Shown here: one piece after another, positions 48,771 through 58,534 of the stretch | How the letters are laid out: each line of letters opens with the position of its first letter | Numbering within the stretch: position 1 is the first letter of the stretch | Virus record (IMG/VR): IMGVR_UViG_3300032309_001546 | Coordinates: 32,001-96,000 of that record | Source: a virus | DNA length: 64,000 nucleotides | Strand: one strand, 5' to 3' | Made by a program: the position numbers and the translations under genes | The notes under the pieces: generated by a model | Databases searched by the model: none | What the model was told of the DNA's origin: nothing | The model's input: the letters and a program-made list of their open reading frames with translations, nothing else

Positions 48771-49415
48771 TTAAGTGTGAGTTACTGCAGCTAATGCCAT
48801 CTTGGTACCATGACCATCATACCAAGCTCTATTCATCTTACCAAAGGCAGCAACAGTTTCCTGCTGCTTAATTGGATCAGGTCCGGCCTTAAATAACCTC
48901 TTAGCGCCAGTTTCTGTACAGTGAGACTGTGAAGTTATAGTAAGAGCTTGAAGCTCACTAAAGCCTGCAGCAAGACATGCCAGATAAATCTGGCGATATC
49001 TAGCCAAAGTTAAAGTGATCTCTTGAGTTGAAGTCATACTCCAAGGCTTTGAATCCTTAGGAATAGTAGCTTCTGTCTCAGGCTTATAGCCAGGTACCCA
49101 GTTAAGCCTTCGTCTAAGATCCTGATAAGCAGGGTTATTAAATTGATAACAACCCCAAGCAGTAACCATTGCCTTACCATTCCTTTGTTCCTTAGGAAGG
49201 AAATTAAAGGTATTAGCAGGTAAAGAAAGAGTAGCTGAACTCTCGTGCTTGGCAAGTAGAATTGCCCATCTCTGGAATTCCACAGAATCATTTGCAGTTA
49301 CAGATTGAATTAACTCAATCGCATCTCCCATTTCAACTACTGTCTTAGCAGTAGCTGGCATACCAGGAGGAACTTTATTCTTCCAATACCTACCGTAGTA
49401 AGGTAAGGTGTCCAT
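48771..49415 (-). CDS. possible lysozyme-fold muralytic protein
   Basis: LAKHESS...AWGCYQF. Confidence 0.55.
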   Translation of the reverse strand: MDTLPYYGRYWKNKVPPGMPATAKTVVEMGDAIELIQSVTANDSVEFQRWAILLAKHESSATLSLPANTFNFLPKEQRNGKAMVTAWGCYQFNNPAYQDLRRRLNWVPGYKPETEATIPKDSKPWSMTSTQEITLTLARYRQIYLACLAAGFSELQALTITSQSHCTETGAKRLFKAGPDPIKQQETVAAFGKMNRAWYDGHGTKMALAAVTHT

Positions 49416-49846
49416 TACTGAGCATCAACCTCAGCAGCAGTGGCTGCATCAGCAGGATGAGCAGGATGTGTATCGAAAGGCACACCTAGAACAGCCTCAG
49501 CCGCCACGGTCTTGGCATCATAAGGAAGTGCTCTAGGAGCAGCCTCAGTAGCTGCACTGCCACTAGCAGCAGGTGCAGGGGTAGCTGCACTACCCGATCC
49601 AGAGCCAACACCTGAACCAGCTGGAGCCTCAACGGCAGCAGGAGCAGTAGTAGCACGACCAGTCACAAAACCGACAACACCACCTAGAAGGGGAAGCACC
49701 AACGCTAGAACTGCAGCAGCTACACGAGAAAGGAACCAGCCACTCTGCTTAACTACCGCAGGAGCCGCAGCAGCAAGGGCTGCCTCAGCCATAACCTTCA
49801 TACCATCACCAGTAATCTTTGAAAGATCAGTACCATCAACACTCAT
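49415..49846 (-). CDS. Ala-rich membrane protein
   Basis: One TM segment, low-complexity tail; AGGAG RBS. Confidence 0.7.
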   Translation of the reverse strand: MSVDGTDLSKITGDGMKVMAEAALAAAAPAVVKQSGWFLSRVAAAVLALVLPLLGGVVGFVTGRATTAPAAVEAPAGSGVGSGSGSAATPAPAASGSAATEAAPRALPYDAKTVAAEAVLGVPFDTHPAHPADAATAAEVDAQ

Positions 49847-50093
49847 AATTATCTCCTTTGTCAAAATTAGAGGCCTGAGCCACCTCTGTTAAAATTGTTA
49901 TAATCTCAGCGTAAACAGTATAAGCATCGCAGTCATCTAGATTGTAACCTTTAGCTACAAATCTAGCATTAAGCATTTGCGCAATTGAACTAATTGCTTG
50001 AATATCTGGATAGAAGCCAGCGCCTCTGCTCATAAGCAAAGCGAATTGACCTTCTGTCGTGTTAATATCAAATCCAGTATTAAGATTATCCAT
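49836..50093 (-). CDS. hypothetical protein
   Basis: ORF with GGAG RBS. Confidence 0.6.
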   Translation of the reverse strand: MDNLNTGFDINTTEGQFALLMSRGAGFYPDIQAISSIAQMLNARFVAKGYNLDDCDAYTVYAEIITILTEVAQASNFDKGDNYEC

Positions 50094-50101
50094 TAGATCT
50101 C

Positions 50102-50443
50102 CTAGATAGATTCATGGCTCTTAAGTTTAAACTTAAGGTCTTTGCTTTCTGGTTGAGGAACATCACTAGCAATACTATGAAATTTTTCCAATGCAAGAGC
50201 AAACGAAGTTACAGGATGTAAACTATAAGCTGTGCCAAGTAAAGTGCCACGGTCATCTGCATGCATAAAGCATGTAGCCCATCTACCTTCACTATTTAAC
50301 CACATCTCAAATCTAAATCTGCCAAATCTACAATACCAAACACCATCTTTAGCTTTATCAAAAAGTATTTTATATGTAGCTTCTAGATGTTGTCGATAAG
50401 TAAGAAATTCTTGATCTGCTTTATTTATATTTAATATTGTCAT
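50102..50443 (-). CDS. hypothetical protein
   Basis: ORF. Confidence 0.6.
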   Translation of the reverse strand: MTILNINKADQEFLTYRQHLEATYKILFDKAKDGVWYCRFGRFRFEMWLNSEGRWATCFMHADDRGTLLGTAYSLHPVTSFALALEKFHSIASDVPQPESKDLKFKLKSHESI

Positions 50444-50464
50444 AGTATCACTTGTTATAAAATA

Positions 50465-50704
50465 TTATGTATTATGGCTTTCAACTAGTAAGTCTTGTTC
50501 TTCAACAATTAGAACAGTCTTAAAGACTTTAGTTTCTCCATAAATGGGAATCAAAGATTTACGCATTGCAAAAACAAGAGGCTTAGACTCAGAAGCATTC
50601 ATGTAATAGACTGGCTGAAAATTTTTATCTAAAAAAACATATATTTCATAGGTCTTAAGCCAACCAGCAGGAGTCTCTCCATGCTCATAAATTGCCTTCG
50701 TCAT
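50465..50704 (-). CDS. hypothetical protein
   Basis: ORF with GAGGA RBS. Confidence 0.6.
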   Translation of the reverse strand: MTKAIYEHGETPAGWLKTYEIYVFLDKNFQPVYYMNASESKPLVFAMRKSLIPIYGETKVFKTVLIVEEQDLLVESHNT

Positions 50705-50835
50705 TAGTTATCCTCTCTCTGCATACTTAGCAGATGTTGAATATCTTCACGGATATCTTCAACTTTTGTAATTAGCTCCTCAACTTGTCTTTCAAGCTGA
50801 GTAATCTTAAATTCTAGATCGTATTCATCAGGCAT
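50704..50835 (-). CDS. small coiled-coil protein
   Basis: Start MPDEYD after GGAGGA. Confidence 0.55.
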   Translation of the reverse strand: MPDEYDLEFKITQLERQVEELITKVEDIREDIQHLLSMQREDN

Positions 50836-51112
50836 TGTCGTCTTCCTCCTCCTCCTCAAGGTCTGCAAAGTCTTCCAGGACAAGAACAGGCTTGCTAAGA
50901 GCATCTCGCATCTGATTAAGCGTTTTCTGTAGTTCATCAAAAGACTCTGCACTTACAAAAGGCTCACAGTAAGTAGAAACAAGTCCATTTCTATACTGAA
51001 CTTCTACGATGCGAAAATCCTCATAAACAGATCCCTCAATCTCACTAGTAGTCTTAAGGACTCTATGATTCCATGTAAAGCTATAGTCAAGGTCGTATTG
51101 ATAATCACTCAT
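50828..51112 (-). CDS. hypothetical protein
   Basis: TWNHRV..IVEVQY..ALSKPVL phage-type motif. Confidence 0.7.
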   Translation of the reverse strand: MSDYQYDLDYSFTWNHRVLKTTSEIEGSVYEDFRIVEVQYRNGLVSTYCEPFVSAESFDELQKTLNQMRDALSKPVLVLEDFADLEEEEEDDNA

Positions 51113-51180
51113 CCCAATTCCTGTAAAGTAGTATTGCTGTATACGTAAATAAAGTAATCATAAATAGACAGAGTAAAACA

Positions 51181-51651
51181 TTACTCAGCATCTGGCTTAT
51201 CTTCCTCTTCTTCGTCCTCATAATCAAGCTCTACAAGCTTATTACCAGTTTCTGCAATATACTCATCACTATGAGTCTTGCATAGGGTCGTCCACCATCC
51301 TCTGTAGGAACCACAGTGTCCGGGCTCACCACAGACCTCACAAGTCTTAGCACTAAGAGCTCTGGCTTCTGAGATAAACTTGTCAATAGTAGGACAACTA
51401 TAGTCTAGATAAAAGGACAAAGTTCCAAACTTTTCTTTAACCTGAACAGCCTCAATAGTGTACCTAGGGTACGTAAGCTTAGTCTCATCAACATAAGCCT
51501 TAATCTTAGCACAAAGATCGTCAAGTAGCTGATACCATCCATCACCAGTATCAATGCCCCAACACATACATGTCTGAGTCATTGGAAGATGCCGCTGACA
51601 AAAGATATCAGGATATTTCTCAAAAAGCTGGTCTTGTAGTTCTTGTTTCAT
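51181..51651 (-). CDS. conserved phage protein with zinc motif
   Basis: GDGW, QVKEKFGTLSFY, CEVCG, TLC. Confidence 0.8.
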   Translation of the reverse strand: MKQELQDQLFEKYPDIFCQRHLPMTQTCMCWGIDTGDGWYQLLDDLCAKIKAYVDETKLTYPRYTIEAVQVKEKFGTLSFYLDYSCPTIDKFISEARALSAKTCEVCGEPGHCGSYRGWWTTLCKTHSDEYIAETGNKLVELDYEDEEEEDKPDAE

Positions 51652-51791
51652 TATTCATCCTCTTCTGTGAAAAGATAGTCGTCTTCAACAAACCAAGATT
51701 CTTCATCTTCTAGGTATTGACCTGAAGACTCGTCAGCAAGCTTATTAAGCTCATCAATAGCAAGGTCTTTCATTCTTCCCATGTTAATCTC

Positions 51792-52190
51792 CTACCACCA
51801 ACAGATATAGTAAACTTTCTTTCCAAGAGCAACTTCTATATAGGCTCTGCAAAAAATTTCAATATCTTCTCTAAGCCTATCTTCATTACAAAAGTCACCA
51901 GTATGAAATGGTCCATTTGCAGGCGGAAGATTACTAGCAAGAAGATCCTCAAAAAGTGCTTTAAGATCTTCTAAGTCTAGATAGACTTTCTCAACATTAA
52001 ATGCGCTAATATCAAAGTAATCATCACCAAATCTAACCGTACGCATAGTAACTTCTGGCTTATACTTTTTAAGCCAAAGTTTTTCAAACCAGGCATTAAG
52101 ATCGCCATGTTTACGCCAAGATCCAATTTCTTCGTCATTTTCATCAGAATTCTCAGGATCTTCAATCCTAAGATACATATCAAGTCCCAT
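51792..52190 (-). CDS. MGLDMY-family phage protein, copy 1
   Basis: MGLDMY..WRKH..VYYICWW. Confidence 0.8.
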   Translation of the reverse strand: MGLDMYLRIEDPENSDENDEEIGSWRKHGDLNAWFEKLWLKKYKPEVTMRTVRFGDDYFDISAFNVEKVYLDLEDLKALFEDLLASNLPPANGPFHTGDFCNEDRLREDIEIFCRAYIEVALGKKVYYICWW

Positions 52191-52199
52191 ATTATTCTC

Positions 52200-52592
52200 C
52201 TACCAGGAACTGGTATAAAAGACTTTCTTACCAATAGCAAGTTCAATAGCAGCTTTTCCAAGCAATTCTAGATCTATTTCTAGTTGTTCTTCAGTCTTCT
52301 CACTTCCTGCACTAAAAGGCACGTCTGTGTTAGGAAGCCTATCATTGATAATTGCATCTTGCAATTGAGTAAGAAGGGCCATATCCACGTAGACTGATAC
52401 TCCATTAAAGCAACTAAGAATAAAAGTGTCTTCTCCAAAGGACACATTTACACTGACTTTGTCTGGCTTATGATTTTCAATCCAAAAGTTTTCCATCCAA
52501 CCATGAAGGTTAGAATGATTACGCCAGTATGCAATCTTCTCAACGTCTCCTGTATTAGGATCCTCAGAAACAAAGTACATATCAAGACCCAT
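52200..52592 (-). CDS. MGLDMY-family phage protein, copy 2
   Basis: MGLDMY..WRNH..VFYTSSW. Confidence 0.8.
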   Translation of the reverse strand: MGLDMYFVSEDPNTGDVEKIAYWRNHSNLHGWMENFWIENHKPDKVSVNVSFGEDTFILSCFNGVSVYVDMALLTQLQDAIINDRLPNTDVPFSAGSEKTEEQLEIDLELLGKAAIELAIGKKVFYTSSW

Positions 52593-52942
52593 TTTATCAC
52601 CTGTTATTAAGTGTTGCTTAATAGGTAAAAAATACTATTTAAACTGTAAATTTAAATTATTAGTTGTTGCATAATCTGCAAGCTCTTGTCCATCACTAAA
52701 GCTTTTAAACTTTGAAAGATCAGGACCAAAAAGTAAATATTGTTTTGTTCCATCCTTTATAAAAGTATAAACAATACAATGATTTAGCTTTGTTGTTTCA
52801 TACCACTGTGACATTAACTCTCAGGTTCTTGTGGAGTTACTGGCTTGTCTTTGTCGATTGGAGCCTGATTAGCTAGCTTTGCAGCAAGTACAATCTCTTT
52901 TAGACGATTAGATAACATTGCAAATCTATCCATTTTAAATCC

Positions 52943-53203
52943 TTAGTCAACATAATTTTTAAAATTTGAATAATTAATTAGACTATTACCAAGTTTAGTA
53001 AGAACTCCGTCTTTCCAAGCAATTGAGCTATCCATAAGATCTCTTACTTCTTGCTCTGAAAGATTAGAAGTATCTTCACCTTCTTCGCTGTCATCAGTCA
53101 AGTAGATAATCCCATTACCTTTTGAGATTGCAATAGCGTCAAGAATATCTTCAGACTCAACAACTTCACAAGTTTTATTCTTGGGATTAGCATAAACGTA
53201 CAT
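52943..53203 (-). CDS. hypothetical protein
   Basis: AAGGAG RBS. Confidence 0.65.
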   Translation of the reverse strand: MYVYANPKNKTCEVVESEDILDAIAISKGNGIIYLTDDSEEGEDTSNLSEQEVRDLMDSSIAWKDGVLTKLGNSLINYSNFKNYVD

Positions 53204-53265
53204 ATATTATCTCCTTATTATTAATTACCAATAATAACTAATAATAAGAAATAATCAAAAAGTAC

Positions 53266-53844
53266 TTAGATTATATGGAAAGCTGTCTTATAAAGCTCAG
53301 AGTCTTCTATATACTCTTGTTCTTTATAATAAAATCCAGTATCTTTATCTTGTATTTGTTGTTGTTGCACCGCTTTTATTACTTCATTCTTAAATAAGCT
53401 TGCAAAACCAAGTGTCAAACCACCAAAAAGTAAACCAATTATTGTTCTAACTATAGTTCTAGTTAGCCATTCACGGTTTTCTGACTCTTTTTTCTCTTTT
53501 TCTGTCCGAATATCAACTTTTACACGCTCAATTTCTTTAGCTATACGGTCATTTTGATCAATCGTAAATCGCGTAAGTAATTTCTCATTTTCACTTCTAT
53601 TTAACTCTATAGTCTTATTAATCGCTTCTATCTGCTGACGCTGAAGCTCAGCAAGCGAATCAAGATCTTTCTCTACGTCTCTGAGACGCATATTTATTCC
53701 GGGATTTCCGTCATAAGATCCAAGGACTATTGTCTTTAGATCATCAATTGCTTTATCATGTTTTTCATGACTTTTCTTTAAATCATCAAGCTTAGTGTTG
53801 ATGGAGTCAAGTAAAGAATTAGGGCAATCGGTTGAGTTTGACAT
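53266..53844 (-). CDS. coiled-coil protein with C-proximal TM helix
   Basis: Heptad pattern; IIGLLFGGLTLGFASLF. Confidence 0.7.
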   Translation of the reverse strand: MSNSTDCPNSLLDSINTKLDDLKKSHEKHDKAIDDLKTIVLGSYDGNPGINMRLRDVEKDLDSLAELQRQQIEAINKTIELNRSENEKLLTRFTIDQNDRIAKEIERVKVDIRTEKEKKESENREWLTRTIVRTIIGLLFGGLTLGFASLFKNEVIKAVQQQQIQDKDTGFYYKEQEYIEDSELYKTAFHII

Positions 53845-53988
53845 TGGGAAATCCTCTATAAATAAATAGTATTGTTAAAACATTTTCACCACCTGTATAG
53901 AGGAAACTAGACAATTCTATCTAGCCCTAAATCATAGTGTAATTATACTAGAGTTTACAGTATCTTATACTTTTGATGTATTTTTGAT

Positions 53989-54097
53989 AAAGAAAAAACC
54001 CTAGGTTTTACGCCACTTTTTCAACCATCTATTTTACTTATAAGTAGCAAAATAAAAATAGTTAAAATTAGCATAAAACCTAAGGTTTTCTTTCTTT
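53989..54097 (-). repeat. about 110-nt imperfect inverted repeat
   Basis: AAAGAAAAAACCCTAGGTTTTACGC ... GCATAAAACCTAAGGTTTTCTTT. Confidence 0.7.
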
Positions 54098-54171
54098 TTA
54101 GCCTAAAGCGGCAAGCAAATTAAAATAAAAGCAATGACTAGAAATATGATAGCAGCTGCTTGAATTTCCAT

Positions 54172-54393
54172 TTAATATCCAGAACGAGTTATGTTTGCAA
54201 TCTCGTAGTGATCTTTATCATAAAGACGCCAAGAATTCCAATCATCTCCAGGATCACTAAAAGAACTATGAACTAGATGAAATGTTTCAGCTTGCTGAAG
54301 TACAACTTCATTAAAGTTCAACTTAATACGCTCACTTTTAAGATACTCGCGAATATTCTTATTACCATTAATGGTAGCTCCAATGTAAGGCAT
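54172..54393 (-). CDS. hypothetical protein
   Basis: GAGGAG RBS. Confidence 0.65.
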   Translation of the reverse strand: MPYIGATINGNKNIREYLKSERIKLNFNEVVLQQAETFHLVHSSFSDPGDDWNSWRLYDKDHYEIANITRSGY

Positions 54394-54406
54394 TTAGTTC
54401 TCCTCT

Positions 54407-55873
54407 TTAGTAAGGTGCATCAATCATTTCATAACCATATGCAGGAATTCCGTAAGGATATCCAGGAATAGCAAATTTAACTTTCTTTGGGGCAGGAGCA
54501 GGATACTCTAACTTAGCCTTCTTAATCTCAGCCTCGAGATAAGAAGAAAAGCTCTTACTAGCTGGTGTACTCTTATTGTTCCGGTCAAAACACTGAATAA
54601 TATGACCATTAGTCATGCTGACCATAGCACATACGTTTCCTTTACGGAAAAACATATGGCTATTATCATTGTAGTAACTACCAATACAGTGTGCACAGTC
54701 ACTGCCCGCGACTCTCATCTCATTAGAAGTCTTAATACGGATCTTTTCAAGATGCTCCGGCAAAGCAAGAGTAGGCATATCACGATCAGGAACATTAACA
54801 TCATACTTAAGCAGTGCAAGACGATTCTGTTCCGCCGCGATTCTATGATTATTAACACTAGCATTAATCATTTCAAGAACACTCATAGTCTCGTAATCAA
54901 TAGCACTAAGACGCTCATCTCTGGCTCGAAGACCAGGAAGGCCCATACGGTAACCATCCTTAATGAACTTTTCCACAGCCTCTGCAAGACCAGTACCAAC
55001 ATTAACAGGATGAAGATCCTTCATAGCCTTTACCCAGCCATCAAGAATCTTAACATCATTAACTTTGCTCATCTTCGTATAAAGAGTAGCCTGGTTCTTA
55101 TCAATATCAGCCAGTAGCTTAGGGATACCATTGCCACTCATCTCTTCATTATGATTAATAGGAATCAACTGAACATACTCACAAGCAAGACCAGAATGGA
55201 ACCAACTAAGCCGCCGATTACTAAAGGTACGGTACTTGTAGCTCTGAATGAATTCCGCATTAATAGGATGATTTTGCATTAGAGACTTTGTCTCTGGAGC
55301 TTCATCTCTAGTCATAGAAATTTTTCTAGGAGTCCAATTGCCACGAGGAGCATTGCCATTAGGCCAGATCTTAACAGAATCCCAAGCTTTCATAGTACGA
55401 ATAGACTGAGGAATCTTATTAAGCAGTACCCGTCTATCAGTATACTTCAAAGACGAGTAACCATGGTTAAAAGCGCGCTTTACAGTGAACTTTTCCCAAG
55501 GGGTACGGGCATTATGAAGATCCTTAAGAGCCCAAGTAAGATCAACAAGATCATTAGACTCTCTAGGGAAGGAACTAGGATCCTTACTTCTCTCAGTAGT
55601 CTGATGACAAGCAGAGATAAGAGTTATCGCAGCATCAAGCTTATCATGCATATCCTTATGCCAGTAAGCAAGGCCGGCAACCAAGTTAATAATAGTCTTG
55701 TGCCGAGACATCATAGGCTTAATATAGTGCCATCTAGCACTTACTTTATAAGCACCATTCTTACTCTTATTACTGTAGTGCCGCGGCATATTCTTCATCT
55801 TAATATCAAGACGATCATTCATATTCTTCCACAAGTAATTCTTATCCTCAACAAACGCATTAAAGTCATACAT
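54407..55873 (-). CDS. protein with C-terminal PcfJ-like domain
   Basis: EMRVAGSDCAHCIGSY, IIQCFDRNNK; start MYDFNA with AGGAG RBS. Confidence 0.65.
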   Translation of the reverse strand: MYDFNAFVEDKNYLWKNMNDRLDIKMKNMPRHYSNKSKNGAYKVSARWHYIKPMMSRHKTIINLVAGLAYWHKDMHDKLDAAITLISACHQTTERSKDPSSFPRESNDLVDLTWALKDLHNARTPWEKFTVKRAFNHGYSSLKYTDRRVLLNKIPQSIRTMKAWDSVKIWPNGNAPRGNWTPRKISMTRDEAPETKSLMQNHPINAEFIQSYKYRTFSNRRLSWFHSGLACEYVQLIPINHNEEMSGNGIPKLLADIDKNQATLYTKMSKVNDVKILDGWVKAMKDLHPVNVGTGLAEAVEKFIKDGYRMGLPGLRARDERLSAIDYETMSVLEMINASVNNHRIAAEQNRLALLKYDVNVPDRDMPTLALPEHLEKIRIKTSNEMRVAGSDCAHCIGSYYNDNSHMFFRKGNVCAMVSMTNGHIIQCFDRNNKSTPASKSFSSYLEAEIKKAKLEYPAPAPKKVKFAIPGYPYGIPAYGYEMIDAPY

Positions 55874-55937
55874 TAGTAAGTCTCCTAAGTAGATTAGATC
55901 ATTGTTTAGCCAAGAGATAAAAAAGAGCACTGTAAGA

Positions 55938-55954
55938 GGCCGGCGCAGCCGGCC
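55938..55954. repeat. GGCCGGC-GCA-GCCGGCC hairpin, copy 3 of 3
   Basis: Exact 17-mer. Confidence 0.9.
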
Positions 55955-56080
55955 CATAAATAAAGTACATTGAAGACTATATACTAGTAAAGAGAGATAG
56001 ACAGAGTAATAGGATATACAGAAGAGATTAAGGTCTAGACAGTAAGGAGTATACATGTAGCATGACAAGTCATGTCCTGC

Positions 56081-56425
56081 TATACCCTGCGTTATACCTT
56101 GCTATACCCTGCAAATACCCTGCAGATCCCCTTAAAATACCTTGCTATACCTACCCCGCTCCTACAAACTATACCAATATACCTTGTCCTCGCGTAAGCC
56201 CGTCTTATACCTCTATATACCCCTATATGCCAAAAGCATACAAGGCTATTCTCTGGACTCTTTTTGAACAAGTTCTTATACCCCTATATAGTAAACTTAT
56301 ATACTTGTATGTATACTTGTATACCCCTATGGGGCAAAAGCTGCCTTCATGAAACTCTGGATATCCATCGTAAAACTCTGGACTCTTTTTGGATCTTAAA
56401 AATGACTCTTATCTCTGGACTCTTT
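56081..56425. repeat. iterated WATACC and CTCTGGA(CTCTTT) motifs
   Basis: About a dozen WATACC in 56081-56325; CTCTGGA at 56251, 56355, 56376, 56413. Confidence 0.8.
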
Positions 56426-56488
56426 ATGGTCTCAGAATCCTGGCCCGGTTGCTTGCATGTATAGCCCTTTATAGCTATATCCTCCTTG

Positions 56489-56518
56489 AAAAGAAAAACC
56501 CTGCTGTTAGGCAGGGTT
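56489..56518 (-). terminator. intrinsic terminator
   Basis: AACCCTGC-loop-GCAGGGTT then TTTCTTTT. Confidence 0.75.
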
Positions 56519-56531
56519 CTCTTCCTTGAGA

Positions 56532-56921
56532 TTAGATCTCTTGGGCATGAGAGTGACGAGTCTCTCGATTAGGACTGTTAGCAGCACGGCGGCGCTTGAT
56601 AGCCTCCAACTTTGCAGCTAGTTCATTTTCCTCACGTTCAGCATTCAAAGCATCCAACTTACGCTGGTACTCACGCTGAGCACGGGTCGTCTTTACTTCC
56701 TCAACAGGCTTACTAGTAGATTGAGATGCTGCGGGTCTAATACCCTCAACCTTCTCAGTTACCATATTACTACCCTTCTTGAGGATAGGACCAAACAACC
56801 CCATGAAGATAGCAGGGATTACTAGAAGAACAGTACCGAAGATACCCCAAAGGGCACCTGCTGCACCTGCTGCTCCTGCTTTGGCAAGAAATGTTCCGCC
56901 TTCTGCGCCTACATCAGCCAT
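56532..56921 (-). CDS. membrane protein
   Basis: N-terminal TM, C-terminal coiled coil; GGAGG RBS. Confidence 0.7.
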   Translation of the reverse strand: MADVGAEGGTFLAKAGAAGAAGALWGIFGTVLLVIPAIFMGLFGPILKKGSNMVTEKVEGIRPAASQSTSKPVEEVKTTRAQREYQRKLDALNAEREENELAAKLEAIKRRRAANSPNRETRHSHAQEI

Positions 56922-56923
56922 GA

Positions 56924-57238
56924 TTAGCCCTCCACTCGATAGAATGCACCTGCATTAGGTGCGTGAATCTGAATAGCGCGATAACCTGGATGAAGCGGCT
57001 TACCCGTTGCATCCTTCTTGTGTCGCTTTAGAAATAGAGGAAGGTTCTTGAAGCCCAAGGTGAATCCCTCGGCACCAATCTCCCCATTGCTCCATACCTC
57101 GATATCATCACCACCCATCTTGCAACGAGTAACGACGAAGCTACCAGCCTCTGTACGAACTCGTGCTACAGTAGGAACTGCAGGGTTAGATGAACCAACT
57201 CGAATCACACCACTCGCGGTCAAAACATCACTCATCAT
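56924..57238 (-). CDS. hypothetical protein
   Basis: Start MMSDVL with GAGG RBS; track ORF extends through tRNA. Confidence 0.7.
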   Translation of the reverse strand: MMSDVLTASGVIRVGSSNPAVPTVARVRTEAGSFVVTRCKMGGDDIEVWSNGEIGAEGFTLGFKNLPLFLKRHKKDATGKPLHPGYRAIQIHAPNAGAFYRVEG

Positions 57239-57283
57239 ATACCTCTCATGTTGTACTCTAGAATATAGAGCGTTTGGGGAAAG

Positions 57284-57358
57284 TGTGCCCGACTGGACTT
57301 GAACCAGTGACCTACGGCTTAGAAGGCCGTTGCAACTATCCAACTGTGCTACGGGCAC
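57284..57358 (-). tRNA. tRNA-Arg(TCT)
   Basis: GTGCCCG/CGGGCAC, ACGGC-CTTCTAA-GCCGT. Confidence 0.92.
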
Positions 57359-57386
57359 GCAGCCTAGGTTTTACCCTAGTAGTTGT

Positions 57387-57881
57387 TTAGAAGCCGTCTC
57401 CATCCTCGAAGACAAAGTTGTCAGCAGGATTTCCGGCAGTCTGACGACGACGCACAGTAGTACGAGCCACAGCACGGACTGCAGGAGTTGCCACAGGACC
57501 AGCCGCCTTCATCTGCTGAGGAGCTGGAGTAGAAGCAGGTGCTGCTTCCTTGGTTGGCCGGCGACCATAGTTGATCTCATTCGCGACAACTTCAGTGATG
57601 TAGCGGGTCTCACCCTTGCTCTCATACTGACGAGTCTTGATTCGACCCTCGATCTCGGCCTCACTACCCTTTGACAGGTACTTGGCAGCATTCTCTGCAG
57701 CCTTACCCCACACAACAACACGATGCCACTCCGGCTCACTGACCGTCTCTCCCGCCTTATTTACGTACTCGTAATTAGTGCAGATAGACAAAGTAGCCCG
57801 GCTACGGCCAGTTTCAGTCGTAGACAACTTGGGATCATCACCAAGGAAACCACGAAGCTCAACACGATTCTTATTACGCAT
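57387..57881 (-). CDS. ssb: single-stranded DNA-binding protein
   Basis: NRVELRGFLGDDP, EWHRVVVWGK, YLSKG, EGRIKTR, TEVVA, acidic tail. Confidence 0.93.
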   Translation of the reverse strand: MRNKNRVELRGFLGDDPKLSTTETGRSRATLSICTNYEYVNKAGETVSEPEWHRVVVWGKAAENAAKYLSKGSEAEIEGRIKTRQYESKGETRYITEVVANEINYGRRPTKEAAPASTPAPQQMKAAGPVATPAVRAVARTTVRRRQTAGNPADNFVFEDGDGF

Positions 57882-57952
57882 CTCTCATCTCAACTTACCC
57901 ATCCACTGATGGTAATGTTTATTTCAATAAAGCATAATACTCACGATAAAAA

Positions 57953-57968
57953 GCGAGCGCAGCGAAGC
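57953..57968 (+). repeat. GC-GA-GC-GCA-GC-GAA-GC hairpin motif upstream of ssb
   Basis: Member of the GCGCAGC family. Confidence 0.8.
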
Positions 57969-58327
57969 TAATGTATGCCAAGTACAAAGATCTGAAACAT
58001 TGTACTAACAATGCTCAAAAATGTAATGGCAAAGTATAAAACGAAGATCCCACTGATAATGTCCCACAGTGTAGATTTCTTCATGCTAGGAAAAACACTA
58101 TCTCTGAAAGCACATTTGTGAAGAGTACCTTCAGTATCCAAGCTATTCCAATCAACGTAATGATTCTTTGCATTATTACCTCGTAGCTAGAGCCAAGATA
58201 GCAATAGCAGGCCAGATCAGACTAGCCGCAGTATAAGCAAACACAAACCAGACAGGAACCACAACGCTTGCAGTTCCATTGATGTGGCTCATAGTGAAGG
58301 ATACAGTACTCATAAGAATTGACTTCA

Positions 58328-58534
58328 TTAGATCCCCTTTCTGGTTTCGGCGTCTCCGATGTTGACGAACTTTGCTCCCTTGAATTTGCGGTACGAGGCG
58401 ATGAGAAGGCCTGGGACTCTCTGTACCCAGATGCCACCTTGTGCTTTGATTCGCTTTGCGATCCGCCTTGCAGCGTATCGATTAGGCGTTTCATGCACGG
58501 AAAGACATCCACTAGCAACAAGTACACTGTACAT
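58328..58534 (-). CDS. small basic protein
   Basis: AGGAG RBS, TAATG coupling. Confidence 0.6.
   Translation of the reverse strand: MYSVLVASGCLSVHETPNRYAARRIAKRIKAQGGIWVQRVPGLLIASYRKFKGAKFVNIGDAETRKGI

Noticed and set aside
56062-56352. 96-aa Tyr/Pro-rich plus-strand ORF
   Set aside because: Explained by TATACC repeats and opposes the uniform minus-strand coding, although an AAGGAG lies upstream so it is not fully excluded
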